From positions 920,020-984,019 of the forward strand of contig MU058257.1 in NCBI GenBank assembly GCA_013265495.1: a DNA stretch of 64,000 bases. The letters are read 5' to 3'. Position 1 is the first letter of the stretch. Each line of letters opens with the position of its first letter. Below, piece by piece: positions 38,624 through 51,233 of the stretch. Made by a program: the position numbers and the translations under genes. The stretch comes from Vicugna vicugna (lineage: Eukaryota). Under the pieces are notes generated by a model. That model saw only the letters and a list, made by a program, of their open reading frames with translations. It was not told the DNA's origin and did not search any database.

Positions 38624-39716
38624 CACATTGGTTTTGATGGCAGCACCTCGGATTTGTGGGTTTAGAAAGATCTCGTGAGTTCCAAGTCATGTTTCCCTCA
38701 TTTTCTTCACTGGTAGAAAAACACGCTCATTTGCACTGAAATGATCTAGTCCAAGTTCGTCACTTTTCAGGCTAGTAAAGTGAGATCCTAAAATAGACGC
38801 AAGGAGAAGAGTCACTGTTACGTTGTTGCATAATTCTCTGAAATCTCCTCCCAAGGCTAGGTTCTGCCTGAGGAAAAGGCCCTGGTGGAAGTGATGGGAT
38901 GTGTGGCCACTTGTTCTGAGAGCCTCAGAAAGCACTCCCCCAGAACAGAGCCCTTCCGTCCACAAAAAACCGCTTTTTGTTTACCTCTTCTGGTCCATTC
39001 ACGCAGAAACAAGTTTTTTTCCCAGCATCACAGGTCATCAAAGCCTGACTCCTGGGAACACTATTTCAATCCATAAAGTCAGGTTTCTATCAGGAAGAGA
39101 GTCATGGATTTAAGCAAAAGATTACCCAGTCATTGAAAACCTAATCAAAGCAGTTTCCCTTCCAAAGTGCTTTGTTCCAAGTGACTTTCCTTCAACCTGG
39201 GACATCCATCACCCCCACCTGTCTGGCTCTTTTAAATCATTACCCTATGCCATTTTCAGATAAGCAGAAGATATGCAAGCTAAAGGCTTGAGTTAAACAT
39301 CAAAAGATCCTGCCTCCCCGTCAGCCGTTAGCAGGAATGCAGTGGACACTAATGATGGCCTCTGTGGCTCTCCGAAAGCTACGAGCTTTCTGTAGAGGTC
39401 CCCATGCTCACAGGGTACAGGTGAGCCTCCCCTCCCATGGTTACCAACCCTCTCCCATCACTGGGCCCCTCCAGGGCTCGCATCACACTTCAGCTACAGC
39501 CCTTTGAAAACCATTCGTAATTCCTTCTTGGCATGAACACATTTTTCAGTGTGGATATGTGATCAGAATCCAAATTTCTTGTTAACAGACCGTCTTCGTA
39601 GTGGTGACCAAGTGAAAATGTCACTCTCGATTCTGGAATGAGCGTCCAGCTTTCCCACTGTTGTCTGTAATTATTGCAGCAAAACTTGGGTACACAGAAA
39701 GCCATTTTTTATGCTT

Positions 39717-40030
39717 TGTTAGTAGAAAAAGAATTTATTGAATAAGTAAAATTGGGCAAGCACATTCTTGTCAGCAAAAAAATACATGTCTCACTCAGCA
39801 AGACACTCAGAGTCACAGGCAGAGTAAAGAGGAAGGAACAGCAGAGTTTGCGTGCTTTGCAAAGAGGAACCGCCGTGGGGTTGGGGAGGGAATTTGTGCA
39901 GTGGGCACAGAGTGGAGTCATGGGGGCAGGTGTGAACTGTGAGATTTTAGGACCCACTGAGCCTGCCTGCGAGAAGGCAGGTTGGCCTGCTACCTCTCAA
40001 GTGGTCCTTGAGTGCGTGTTTGCCCCTCTT
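39717..40030 (-). mobile_element. Possible LTR fragment
   Basis: 'tgttagtagaaaaagaatttattgaa' looks like an LTR end with a minus-strand AATAAA. Family not recognised. Confidence 0.3.
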
Positions 40031-40264
40031 GGAAATAAACCACATCTCTGAAGACCTTCCGTGAGTCAGCTGTCTGTCTGATGAGCCTCTGAGTGAGGGA
40101 CAGCAAAGCTCAGTCCCGGGAAGCCTCCAGAGATGGCCTGAATCCACGAAAAGCCAGAGAGGGCAGCTGCTACCTGGCTGGCTCTTGTCCCTTCCCTTCC
40201 TTCACACAGAGGCTCGGAGCTTGCCTCGCCTGGGAAGGCGTCGGCAGTGTGACCCATCCTTGGA

Positions 40265-40468
40265 TTTTTTTTTAAATTTTTAACTCTTCATTGAGATATA
40301 GTTGGTGTACCATTTTATACAACTTATGTGTACAGCATAGTAGTTCACGATATTTAAGGGTTATACTTTATTTATAGTTACTAGAAAACACTGGCTCTAG
40401 TCTCTGTGTTGTACAGCATGTCCTCATGGCTTATTTTATAATAATAGCTCATACCTCTCAGTTCCCTG
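40265..40468 (-). mobile_element. L1 3' terminus with degenerate TSD
   Basis: 'ttgagatatagttggtgtac...ggttatactttatttatagtta'. Flanks cccatccttggattttt / cccatcgtggttttt. Confidence 0.8.
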
Positions 40469-41184
40469 CCCATCGTGGTTTTTGACCCAAAAGACTCATT
40501 GCTCTCTCAACCCATCTCTCATGTCAAACTGAGCAAAGAAATAAAATAGCAAACCCAGCTGCACCAAAGAATAAATGCCTGACAAGTGGTTTAACTCTTA
40601 GGTGTATTTCTGATCTCAGAAGAGCCTCTCGGGACGCTGGCCACGTTCCCGGCTAGTGAGGGGTCTGTACTGGCGGCAACGACTCGGTTAGAGCAATGAT
40701 GGTTTCCGCCGCCTGTAACCGCCAAGCCTGGAGAGGAAGGGGGTTCCTGGTCCCACAGCCGGTGGGCCGTGTGACTGAGATTGAGCCTGCCTCTGTCCTG
40801 TGCAGTGGCCACACTTTTATTTTAGGAAAGCCTTCCTCTCTTCTGGAATGTGAATCTTCAAGCTAATGTCTTTCTCCCTTTCTGGTTCTCTTAAGGCAAT
40901 GCCTGCCTCAAGTACAGGAGAAGAAAAGTGCTCAAAATGGGACTTTCTAGAGCTTGGAAAGATTGCAGGGAAAATTATCCCCTCGGGTCTGGCACTAGTG
41001 CCTGCCACACCCCCATCAGAGTCTCCCACTGGCAGTCACTTTGCCTTCGGAAGACGCTGCCGGGGCCAACCTGTCAGTGGGAGGGGCAGATCCCAGTCCT
41101 CCCACACCTATTATCCATGCGTGCCTCCCTGGGGCTCCCACATCAGTTGGCAAGGCTATGTTGGAGGCATGACTTAGTTTCTTA

Positions 41185-41330
41185 GTTTACACATATTTTC
41201 ATAGACGTTATTTGAGCTGATCTTCACAACCACCCAAGAGATAAGTGGATATGATTTCTCTTTGCTGATGAAAAATCAAATACGCAAAGGGAAATAAAGT
41301 CAGAATGTGGCAGCCAGGGTGAGCACTAGG
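41185..41330 (-). mobile_element. MIR fragment
   Basis: 'gatcttcacaaccacccaagagataagtgg...gatgaaaaatcaaa'. Confidence 0.5.
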
Positions 41331-41801
41331 CCCAAGCGAAGTGCTGACCAAGATGGAGGAAAGAGGAAAAAGCCAGGGGTCCATGGGGGAGGGGAGAAAG
41401 ACCAGCCGGGATGCTGGGGAAGGGGCGGCTCAGGATGGAGGGGTCTTGGAGGTGAGCCTGCAGGTGAGGGAAGGACATCACGAGGACCACATGGAAGACT
41501 GCATAGACCGCAGTGTTTGTCAGTCACCAGGAGAATCTGGGGGAATCTTCTGTGGTATTTGGGGCTTGAAGGACTGTTGTATCAGAAAGAGGGCGCTGGA
41601 CTGGGCATAAGAGAAGTCATGCTCGCCAGGCTTTGCCGGGAACAAGACGGGCACGTGACTTAACCAGCAGCTTCATGTCTTCAGGTGTGAAACAAAAGAC
41701 TTAATTCAGATCCCCTCAATGTCCTGTGAGGCCTCACTCAGCTGTGATCCCGATGCCCATGGGAGGGGAGGAGGGAGCTGGGTGCTGAGAGCAGCGCAGA
41801 G

Positions 41802-42304
41802 TGTCAACTGAAAAAAATTATGCACAACCTAAAAGCTGAGAATTGTGTTTTATTTGGCAGACTTTCTGAGGACTTCAAGCCCGGGAGACAGCCTCTAAAG
41901 GACCGCTCAGAAGAGGCAAGGGAGGAGCCAAGTTATACAGAAGTTTTCACAACAGAGATCAGGTGGTTGGAATATCAAAGGGTTTCTGGTAAATAAAAAA
42001 CCCCACACATCTCAAGTGAAGGAATTTAGCGTTTTTCTCTGTATGGGAAGATGCAAAACCTGGGCTCATTGACATCATTCCTTGGATGTGCACCTGAGTC
42101 TCTAGGGCCAGTGACCTGCTCTCCTGTGCTTTCCATCCTGAGTCTCTTCAGGGAGCACGCTGGGGGTGGCTGACTGCATAATGGCCCGGCATCCTGTTTC
42201 CATCCTGAGTCCAGGGCTCACCGTCAGGGCGGCTGCAGTGTGATGGCTCGATGTCCGCAGCATCCTTCATTCATTGATACAGCAGCCAATCTTTTTCATT
42301 CACA
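41802..42304 (-). mobile_element. MER41-like ERV1 solo LTR, copy 1
   Basis: TG...CA ends, TSD agag/aggg, minus-strand AATAAA at 41849-41854. Colinear with 55950-56384. Confidence 0.85.
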
Positions 42305-44953
42305 AGGGCTAACACTGGCCCCAAATCAATCTACATCGGTTCCTTATTTCCTGGCCTGTTTTGAGCCAGCCTGGGCGGAATTAGACTCTGGGCTTCAGGG
42401 TCTGGTGATCGGATCCCAGTGACAGTTCGTGAATGATACTTGTGAGGCGAAAGGACATTTTAATCAAACAGGGCTCAATTTACACCATTTTCTCAAAGTG
42501 GAGAGTCTTTATGGGTCTCTTCCAGATGCCACAGGGAGCAAGACAAGGATAAAGGAAATTCTGAGAACATGAATTAGGAGCAGCCTTGGCGCCCTGGGGA
42601 ATTTGTCCGTCTGGGGCTGTATCCCGGGGCCAAGATACTTCAACATCCATCCAGCCTTCCATCAGCCCCCTTTGACCAACACTAAAAGCCTGTTACCAAG
42701 AAGGCCATGAGACTTGTTTCTCTCCTATGAGTCCTTCCTCCTTCCCAAATGTGATGCTCACCCCTGGGAGTTGTAATTGCAGACATCACCCAAGGACTAT
42801 GGATATAAATTTCACAAAGGGCAAGACCTTCCATTATGAGTGGGATGATGGCTTTAATTAAAAAAAGAAAATCAATATATTGTTTCCAATCATTAGAATC
42901 CCATGTCAGTGGCAAAAATCAATCCTTTTCATATGAAAATGCTTACATTCACACTCAGATGTTATATTACACATGAGTCATTGAGGGAGGAGGGGAGCGG
43001 GTCAGCCCCCAGGCCCACGACGGCCCCGGCAGGAAGTCATGGGCTTTTCTGGAAACCTGTGAACTGAGGGAGTCTACCCAATGCCACAGAGATTTGAAAT
43101 TCTGTGCAGTGGAAAGGGCGTCTCATCTTGACAGGTTCTCTTCTCGTGCTTCCAAATCTTTGAGTGAAAACAAAAAGGCAAATCTGGAATCCCGTTTTAA
43201 AGAGTGAGAGCATGTTATCTGGCAGCGGTCACTGTCCCTCCACCATGATGACCCCTTGTCACCACCAGGTTCAGCCAGCACAAGCACCAGGGGATCCTCA
43301 TGTTTAAAAAAAGGGCCCCATTTTTTAAAGATAATTTCTCTGTTTATGTAAGAAAAGGTCTTTGATGGTTTATCATCAGGGAGGTTTGACGACCTCCTCT
43401 TGTTTCTCAAGAAGGAGCAGCACATGGAGACAGAGCTGATCTCACGGGCGAGCGTCACACGGCGTGGAAATAGACTCTTGACAGCGTTAAATTCCCAGAG
43501 GTGCTATTCCGTTTCCCTGCCACATAGGCGTAATGATCTTGGGAAGAAATTTTGCTTTTATGGAAACTGTTTATTTCTAAGAACCTTCTCACATCAGGGT
43601 AAGTGTGAAGCTTCCCTAATAAAGAAATAAAAGAAAACGAGGGGCCTAATTAAAAATACTGTTTAAGGAGATACTCGTGAGATAAAAGAAAATCCCACTT
43701 TGCGGGGGAAACTCCATCACTGCCGCTGCCGGAACACGCTGCAGAGCATTCAAGCCCATTTCCCCGACTCCGTCCCTTGCCACGTATGCTCTCCTGGTCC
43801 AGTTCTTCTGGGTCCAGTTCCCCTTAACTCCGGTTCAGCCATTGCTTCCTTTGAAGTCAGTGTGACCCTGACACCCAGAGAGGACACATGCGGAGGGGAC
43901 CTGGCCTATTGGCTTCTTGTCCTCATTCTGCTGGGTTAGAAAATGATGGAACAGCCTCGCTGTCTGTCACACGCTGCCCGCCCAGAGCCACTTGCCTGCT
44001 CCCACCTGGGCGCTCATCCATTAGGGCCAGGAAAGTGTTTTTCTTAGCATTTTCGGAAATCATGGGGCTGGTTTCAGAAGCTCATCTATTGACCACTTCT
44101 TGAGTTTTTTCCCTGCCTCTGGGGTGTGGATGCTACCAAAGTCACCCCTTGCTGCCTGGGGTCAGCCTGGCTGGCTCTGAGTGTTCTCTCGGCCTCTCCT
44201 GGGACCCTGGGAAGAGACTTCACCTCCCTACAGCTCCTTGCTTCTTGCACAATCTGGGTTACTCCCACTACTTATCTGAGAAGGTCTTTTTTTGTATTAG
44301 GTCATCAAATTCATGAGAAGAGCCTTTCCCGGCTAGGTACAAACATCATCTCCGTGGCCAGAGGAGGAAATCCAGCTCAGGGAGGGAAGAGAGCCAGTCA
44401 AGACAGAGCCTTTATGAGGGTAAATGAACTTGATGACAGAGGAAGGGCATGAGGCGTGTTAACTCTTGTCATAATCATTCACGTCATCCCGGTGACATTT
44501 TACAACATGAACAGGGAAGTGGCTACAGGTAGGGCTCTGGGAACACCAAGAGTTAGGGGCAGGTAGAAAAACAGCAGAGAGAGTCATCAGTCATTGGAAC
44601 ACAGCAAAGCAGCCCTTGTGGTTTGTGTCCTGCACCCCCAGGCAGGGGCGGGGCACAGCCCATGTGTCAGCCCACCTCATCTTCACAGCCACGCTCTGAG
44701 GGAGGCAGGGGAGCTCTGCACTCACCACTCATCAATGAGAAGACCGAGGCGCAGAAGTCTTGAGGTGCAGAAACTTCCCAAGGGAGCCTGTTTTCCTTAA
44801 GCATCAAACTCTGTGGTCCAAAGGGGAGCGATCAGAAGAGGTGGAGGGTTAGGAGGAGAACAGGAGACACATCACAAGACCAAGGAGGGAGCAGCGGTTG
44901 CTGGTGCTCCATGACCTCATCTGGGTCCTGGTCCTGGGGCGGAAGAGGTGACA

Positions 44954-45410
44954 TGTCTGGAACTGGGACACTCAAGGAGCGTTTAGTAAAGAGACTGTTT
45001 ACAAAGGGGTGGGCAGGTGTAGGGAACCCAGAAGGAACTGTAGAATACCCAGTGGTGGGTGACCACAGAGAGTGGGGCCAGCACCTCTAGGTCTGGATGG
45101 CCGAGAAGAGAGGGTGACTACTGGAACCCGGAGAGAGACGGAATGAGAGAGAGAAAGAGAAAGAGAGAGAGCGGTCTGGAGAGGATCCCTTGGGAGGAGC
45201 TGTGACTTCCGTCCAGGATAGCAGCCTGCCTTTGGCGAGCGGGATATATATGCCCAGCCATGACCTTTCTCCCTCACCCACTGTCTCCTGGGCTTCCCAT
45301 TGGCCAAACCCAACTGGCGGCCAGAGGACAAGGGAGTCCATTGAAGCAACAGGTACAGTTCATCTTCCAGGCTGCAGAGCGCGTGCAGACACAGAAGAGG
45401 ACAGAACACA
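44954..45410 (-). mobile_element. ERVL solo LTR (LTR67B/LTR41-like)
   Basis: 'tttagtaaagagactgtttacaaaggggtgggcagg' and 'cccattggccaaacccaactggcggccagaggacaagggag'. Confidence 0.7.
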
Positions 45411-45464
45411 AAGGACCTGGTGGAAGATAGGCAGCAGAGACTCAGAAGGGCCACGCTGAAGCAG

Positions 45465-46350
45465 GACCAAAGGTTCACCGCTGGATCTGGCAAGTCTGAC
45501 ACTACTGGTGAGTCTGTTGGGGGCATTTTCCAGTGGAGACGTGGAGGGCTAGAGAAGCCAGGGGACGTGAGCTGAACAGTAAAGGGAAGAGACTGTTTTC
45601 AAGGAGAGAGATCAAATGGGGGAGGGGGAGGGAGGAGGGGGGGTGGTCAGTACAGATAGTGGAGCAAGGTCCTTGGGAAGCGGCAGGAGCCAGGATCAGG
45701 ACCCTCTTCCAGGGAAGTGGGAAGGAATGAGGGCCTGAGAAAGGGGTCCACATGGATGAGGACAGATGTGTTCTCCCGGGAACCAGAGGAGCTGTTAGTG
45801 ACATCAGTTTGTTTCCGCTATGAAACTGGGAATGAAGTCCCCCCTGGTACCCAGGGGGACTGCATTGCAGAGAGGGTATGGGGGAGGTGGGGAGTGTGTG
45901 AGGGCATCTCAGGAGAAACAGGAGAAGGAGTTGATCACAATCAATCAGGGAACGACCTGGCTCAGGTAGAAGATGGAATTGCAGGAACCTGGAGTTGTGG
46001 CCGTGTGCTTCCTCCAGGGAACGTGCAGCCTGGACATGGGAGAGGGGGAGGCAGAGAGCTGGCCTGGAGTTTCTCAGGCTGGGGCAGCGGATAATGAGGC
46101 CCAAAAAACGGAGGCTGGCGGTGAGAAGTGGTGTAAGAGATAAGTGCTGGATTCCAGGCTGAATGGTGGGGGTAGATGGAGGCTGTTTAGGGGAAACAAG
46201 TAAGATGTGCTGGAAAGCTGGGAGACGGAAGAACATGTGTGACCAGAGTGTGGTCCAGAGATGGGGGAAGGGCAGAGTCCTCGAGGAGAAGATGGGGCAT
46301 TAGAATTTGATGTGTGAAGTGATGATGACTTCTAGGGTGTGGCCATGAGT
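45465..46350 (-). mobile_element. L2 internal fragment
   Basis: 'ttcaccgctggatctggcaa...tggtgagtctgttgggggcattttccagtggag' and further purine-rich antisense L2 blocks. Confidence 0.6.
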
Positions 46351-47805
46351 TACTTATCCTGTTTATTTTAATCCATTTTCCACAGCTTATTAAGGTTGTG
46401 GGTGAAGATCAATGGGAAGATGCCAGCGTGGGGCATTTGAGAGGTGGGGTCGGGGGACGGCATGGCAGGGCACCTCCCTCCCAGGCACCATGGTCTGGAG
46501 TTGGCCCTGGACCCACAGGGCTCAGCCCGCAAACTTAGCGGAGCGCGCGGGGCATCTCACAGGGGCTGAGCGGTGGTCACGGCGGGAGCGGAGGGAGAGA
46601 AGGGATGCAGATTTATGGGGGTGTTGGGGAGGCACCAATCCTGCTGAAACCCCTTCAGGAGGAAGGAATTTCAGCCAGGGGCCATCACTTACAGCGGCCA
46701 CATGGAACATGCCCAGCGCCGCACTTCGGACTCCCCAGAAGCAGATGCTGCAAAGAGCCAGGCAAGGAGGGAGGTGACCCTGGTCCGCTGCCTGCGCCTG
46801 TGAATGTGGGGTGCTGACTCCCGGGCGCGGGAAGGTCCTTCAAGCTGCGCCTGAGCGGGTCTCAGACGCTGCTTAATGACTTCAATCTGGGGGAAAAGTA
46901 CTCCAAAAAAAAGACTTCCGCCTGACACTAAGGACACAGTTTGACCATCTCTCCACTCTGAGCTCGCAAAGAAGTATTTATTCCAGAGTCTTTGGGTGTC
47001 ACCACTTATTTTTAAACTTTCTTTTTCCCTTTGAGGGGTTGGTGGGGGAAGTAATCAAAACATTTTTTTAATTAGAAGAAATCTAAATTCAAGGAAGAAG
47101 ATCAGAATTTAACTGTCGTATATATATTTGTTTTGCAAAATGTGTACCCAATTAAACGCAGTTGGGCAGTTTCTGGTAGGAAATTAATAAACAGGGGGTG
47201 GGAGCGATGAGGAGGCAGAGGGAAGAGACTGTTCCCAAGCTGAGGTTTTGTTTGCCAAGTTTCAGCAAAGAGCAAAGCTTCGCTCTGAAGGGGAACCTTT
47301 GAGAGATGGTGTTTCAGAGAGTCATGCAAAGAGAAGCCCCGAATGGGCGAGCTAGGGAGAGGTTTCTCTAAAGCAGCTTGTCCTCCACAGGTGCCAGGAG
47401 CATCTGTGACCAGACTTTCCGTGATGAAAACTTCTCCTGCCTTAATCCGAGCCACATTACATTCACAAACACAGCATCCCCCTCCGCCCTGAGAGGTAGG
47501 AATAAATAATGTGCTATTAAACCCACATCTCTGCTCTCTGCCTGAGAACACTAAAAAGAAAAAGAAAAAATCGCTTTCACCATTACATTATTCCCAGCGG
47601 ACTGCAAATTGTAAACATGAAGCTATATCCATGGTGCTCCAATAGGAGAAACCCTTGTATTACCTGAAGATTATGCACTCAGGGGGTCCCAGGAAAGGTA
47701 CAAATAGTTGAGGAATCTTAATTTAATTCAATGTAATGCAAATGCTCATGTTTGGTAAATTGAATCCATTGCCTTCTGAGAGATGCAGGGCTACAACATC
47801 AGCAC

Positions 47806-48123
47806 CTTCATCTGTTCACCCATCCATCCATTCATCCATCTGTTCATCTGTTCATCCGTTCATCCATCCATTCATCCACCCATCTGTTCATCCGTTCATC
47901 CATCCATCCATCCATCTGTTCACCCATCCATTCATTCATCCATCTGTTCATCCGTTCATCCGTTCATCCATCCATTCATCCATCCATCTGTTCATCCGTT
48001 CATCCATCCATCTGTTCACCCATCCATTCATTCATCCATCTGTTCATCCGTTCATCCGTTCATCCATCCATCCATCCATCTGTTCACCCATCCATCTATC
48101 CATCCATCTGTTCTTCCATTCGT

Positions 48124-48154
<31 letters not shown>

Positions 48155-48682
48155 CCCATCCATCCATCCATCCATCCGTTCATCCATCCGTCCATCCATC
48201 CATCCATCTATCTATCCATCCATCCATCTGTTCATCCATCCATCCATCCATCTGTCCACCCATCCATCCATCCATCCATCCGTTCATCCATCCGTCCATC
48301 CATCCATCCATCTATCTATCCATCCATCCATCTGTTCATCCATCCATCCATCCATCTGTCCACCCATCCATCCATCCATCCATCCGTTCATCCATCCGTC
48401 CATCCATCCATCCATCTATCTATCCATCCATCCATCTGTTCATCCATCCATCCATCCATCTGTCCACCCATCCATCCATCCATCCATCCGTTCATCCATC
48501 CGTCCATCCATCCATCCATCTATCTATCCATCCATCCATCTGTTCATCCATCCATCCATCCATCTGTTCACCCATCCATCCATCCATCCATCTGTTCTTC
48601 CATTCGTCCATCCATCCATCCATCCATCCATCCATCCATCCATCCATCCGTTCATCCATCCGTTCATCCATCCATCCATCTG
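47806..48682. repeat. (CATC/TCCA)n tetranucleotide array with higher-order structure
   Basis: About 880 bp of CATC variants (CTGT, CGTT, CTAT, CACC). The marker tctatcta recurs at 48207, 48311, 48415 and 48519. Confidence 0.95.
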
Positions 48683-49029
48683 TCCTAAGACAAATAAGTG
48701 TTAACCATTTATAGTGTGCAACACACGGAAGTACAGAAATCCAAAATCCAGAAAAAATCAAGGAAGCATTGTGTGTCATATTTTGCAGTGTGTGACGAAA
48801 GTGGCCAGGAATTGGGTAGTCTCCTGCCTTCCCACCTTAATTTACCCCATTAATATTGGCCTACTGTAAAATTCAGTTCACTCAGTTTGCCATGTAGCTG
48901 AAGGCAGAGCTTGCTGACAGGACACAGCGACTCTTCATGGAACGAACACGAGATGATCACGTTTCACTGTGCTGTTCCTTTTGGTCGGTCAGATAAGCAT
49001 GGTTTTGGCTTCCTCATGTGACCTCACCT

Positions 49030-49400
49030 TTGATTCATTCATTTCTGCACCCATCATTTCTGTACCCATGTATGTCCTTCATCTGCCAAATACTGGAAAA
49101 TTCTTGGTGCTGGAGATACAAAGATAGAATGAGATGGATTCATTCCTCTGAAGGAGTTTACCACACAGAGGATGACAAGAGAGATGCTTCTCTGCACAAA
49201 CTGTTGTAGGTGCTGGGAGAGCCCGAGCCCAGTGGGGCCCCAGGGAAGAAGGGCCAGGACAATTGTGGAAGACTCAGACTCTTTAAGTCTTGTGCTGAGT
49301 TTGAATGACAAGCAGACACGTAGGGTGAGAAAGGAGAAAGCCATCACGGGTGAGGGAGATGGTGGGAACCAGGCACAGACATGTGAAGGCACAGCCTGGG
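49030..49400 (-). mobile_element. L2 3' region
   Basis: 'gattcattcattt...ggtgctggagatacaaagatagaatgaga...gaaggagttta'. Confidence 0.6.
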
Positions 49401-50128
49401 GAGCTTGGGAAACAGGGAGCCCTTGTCCTGCAAAGGTCAAGTACTGGGTCCAGAGTGGGTGAGATCCACCAGGTAATAATGGGGGGCGGGGCGAGTCTTG
49501 TCCGTGGAAGTTCCTTTTTGCTACAAAGCTAGGGACTCCTTTACCCAGGCTGTAATCCAAGCCTGCCTTTCTGGAGGATTTGTAAAAACCACGAAAGACT
49601 GAGGAGGCAGCATGGAGGACCCGAGACTCAGAGGCTGATATTTAAAGTGATTCTACGGTTGATCGACTGACTACTTTGGAGAATTTCAAGAAATTGCTAA
49701 AATAAAAATGCTATAATTTTCAAAAATTGACCTAACAGCTTTATTCTGCAAATGAGTGTTTATTGTAATTTACCAAATCAACATGGATTTTTTAAAAATT
49801 AGGGGGTGATTATCCTGCAACAAGTCATATAGAAAATACTTTCTGAATGTGGAAATGAAGAGCAGCAGTCAGTGTGCACGGAAGAGCAAACAGAAGGAGG
49901 TGAAGTCCCAGGACCCCTGCGAGCCAGAGTGCAGTGTGTGCGCACTCGCCAGTCTGCCCTTACGCTCACCCTCCTCCTTTCAAGACTCATAACGCTCCCA
50001 ATGCTGACGAGACAGGCAGGCCACCTCATCCAATTCCAGTTTACAGCAAGAAGTCTTGGATCAAAGATGAGTCAGGCAAAGCTTTATTTACATGTCACAC
50101 TCATAAGGAGCACGTGAAGCCCCATCCC

Positions 50129-50382
50129 CAACACACACTCACACACATACACACACATAACACATATACACACAACACACACACAAAACACATACATACA
50201 CACAAATAACACATACACATATAAATATATGCATGCACACACACTTGTACACACATAAACACAACACACACATACGTACATGGTGCACATACACAGAGAT
50301 GCACACGTGTATGCACATATGTACACATATACACACATAACACATACATACACACACGTACTCACATACACACACACACACA
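50129..50382. repeat. Degenerate (CA/TA)n low-complexity tract
   Basis: Direct read. Explains the CV/YV-rich ORFs. Confidence 0.9.
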
Positions 50383-51048
50383 TTTGATGACACAGCTGCA
50401 CCCAGCATCACGTTGGGTGTTTCCATCTCCACCTGTACTTGAAACATCGAGTCTCGGTCTATACCATAAAAATGCATCTCGCAGGAGGGCCATGAAAAGT
50501 CACTCTGATTTGATTTGGCATTTTGTTGTACTTGGCTTCCTCCCCGGGCCTCAGAAAGGGTGTTTCAGACCCACGTCCCCAGATTTCTTGGGATGTGCAC
50601 CCTCTTGCATCTCCTTTTTTAAAATGCCCCCTTTGTCTCTTTCAGACATGCGTCTTCCGTGTCACCAGCCAGACCACCAGCTCTGAGCCTGGATCTGGGT
50701 GGCATCTCAGCACATGTCAGCCCCACGGCTTCACCACCCGGCCAGCTGACCTCAGGTCTGCAGCCTAAAACCTCATGCTTGGTGAGCTTAAGACGGACGG
50801 TCACCTAATATCATTTCAGCTACACTGAAATTGCTGTTTCTGGAAGACTTTTTCCAAAGCTCTGGACAGTTGCTTCCAGAAGACCAGCCCACTTAGGCGA
50901 CCTGAGGGAACAACTTGTAGGTAACTCACCTGAGATGGCCTGTTGGTGGGCAGGGCTGACCAACATCACATACACCATGGGATGAAGGCTCTAGTTCTTG
51001 GTCACAAAGGCAGAAGACCTTAAAACGTCCAAGGGACAATCACATTTG

Positions 51049-51233
51049 CCTAGTTTTAGGAACATCTCAGGATCATCTGTAGTAGACCCCCCGGATGTTG
51101 GTTTAAAAAACGTGAAATCTTAGGCTCCAGCCTGGACTCTCCAGGTGGCATCTCCAGAGGTGGAGGCCTGGAGGCTGGATTTATAGGAAGTTTTCCAGGA
51201 GGTTTGTTCAGTTACTGGAGTTGGAGGACACCT
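51049..51233. mobile_element. MER5-like hAT MITE remnant
   Basis: 'catctccagaggtggaggcctggaggctggatttataggaagttttccaggagg...gagttggaggacacct'. Confidence 0.45.

Noticed and set aside
45502..46236. 244-aa minus-strand ORF
   Set aside because: It lies in a decayed L2, is biased to Pro/Leu/Ser and has no recognisable domain.
47736..48704. 322-aa and 301-aa HPSI-repeat ORFs
   Set aside because: They are stop-free translations of the (CATC)n array in several frames, with no gene context.
50084..50477. Cys/Val-rich ORFs
   Set aside because: Translation of (TG)n-like low-complexity sequence.
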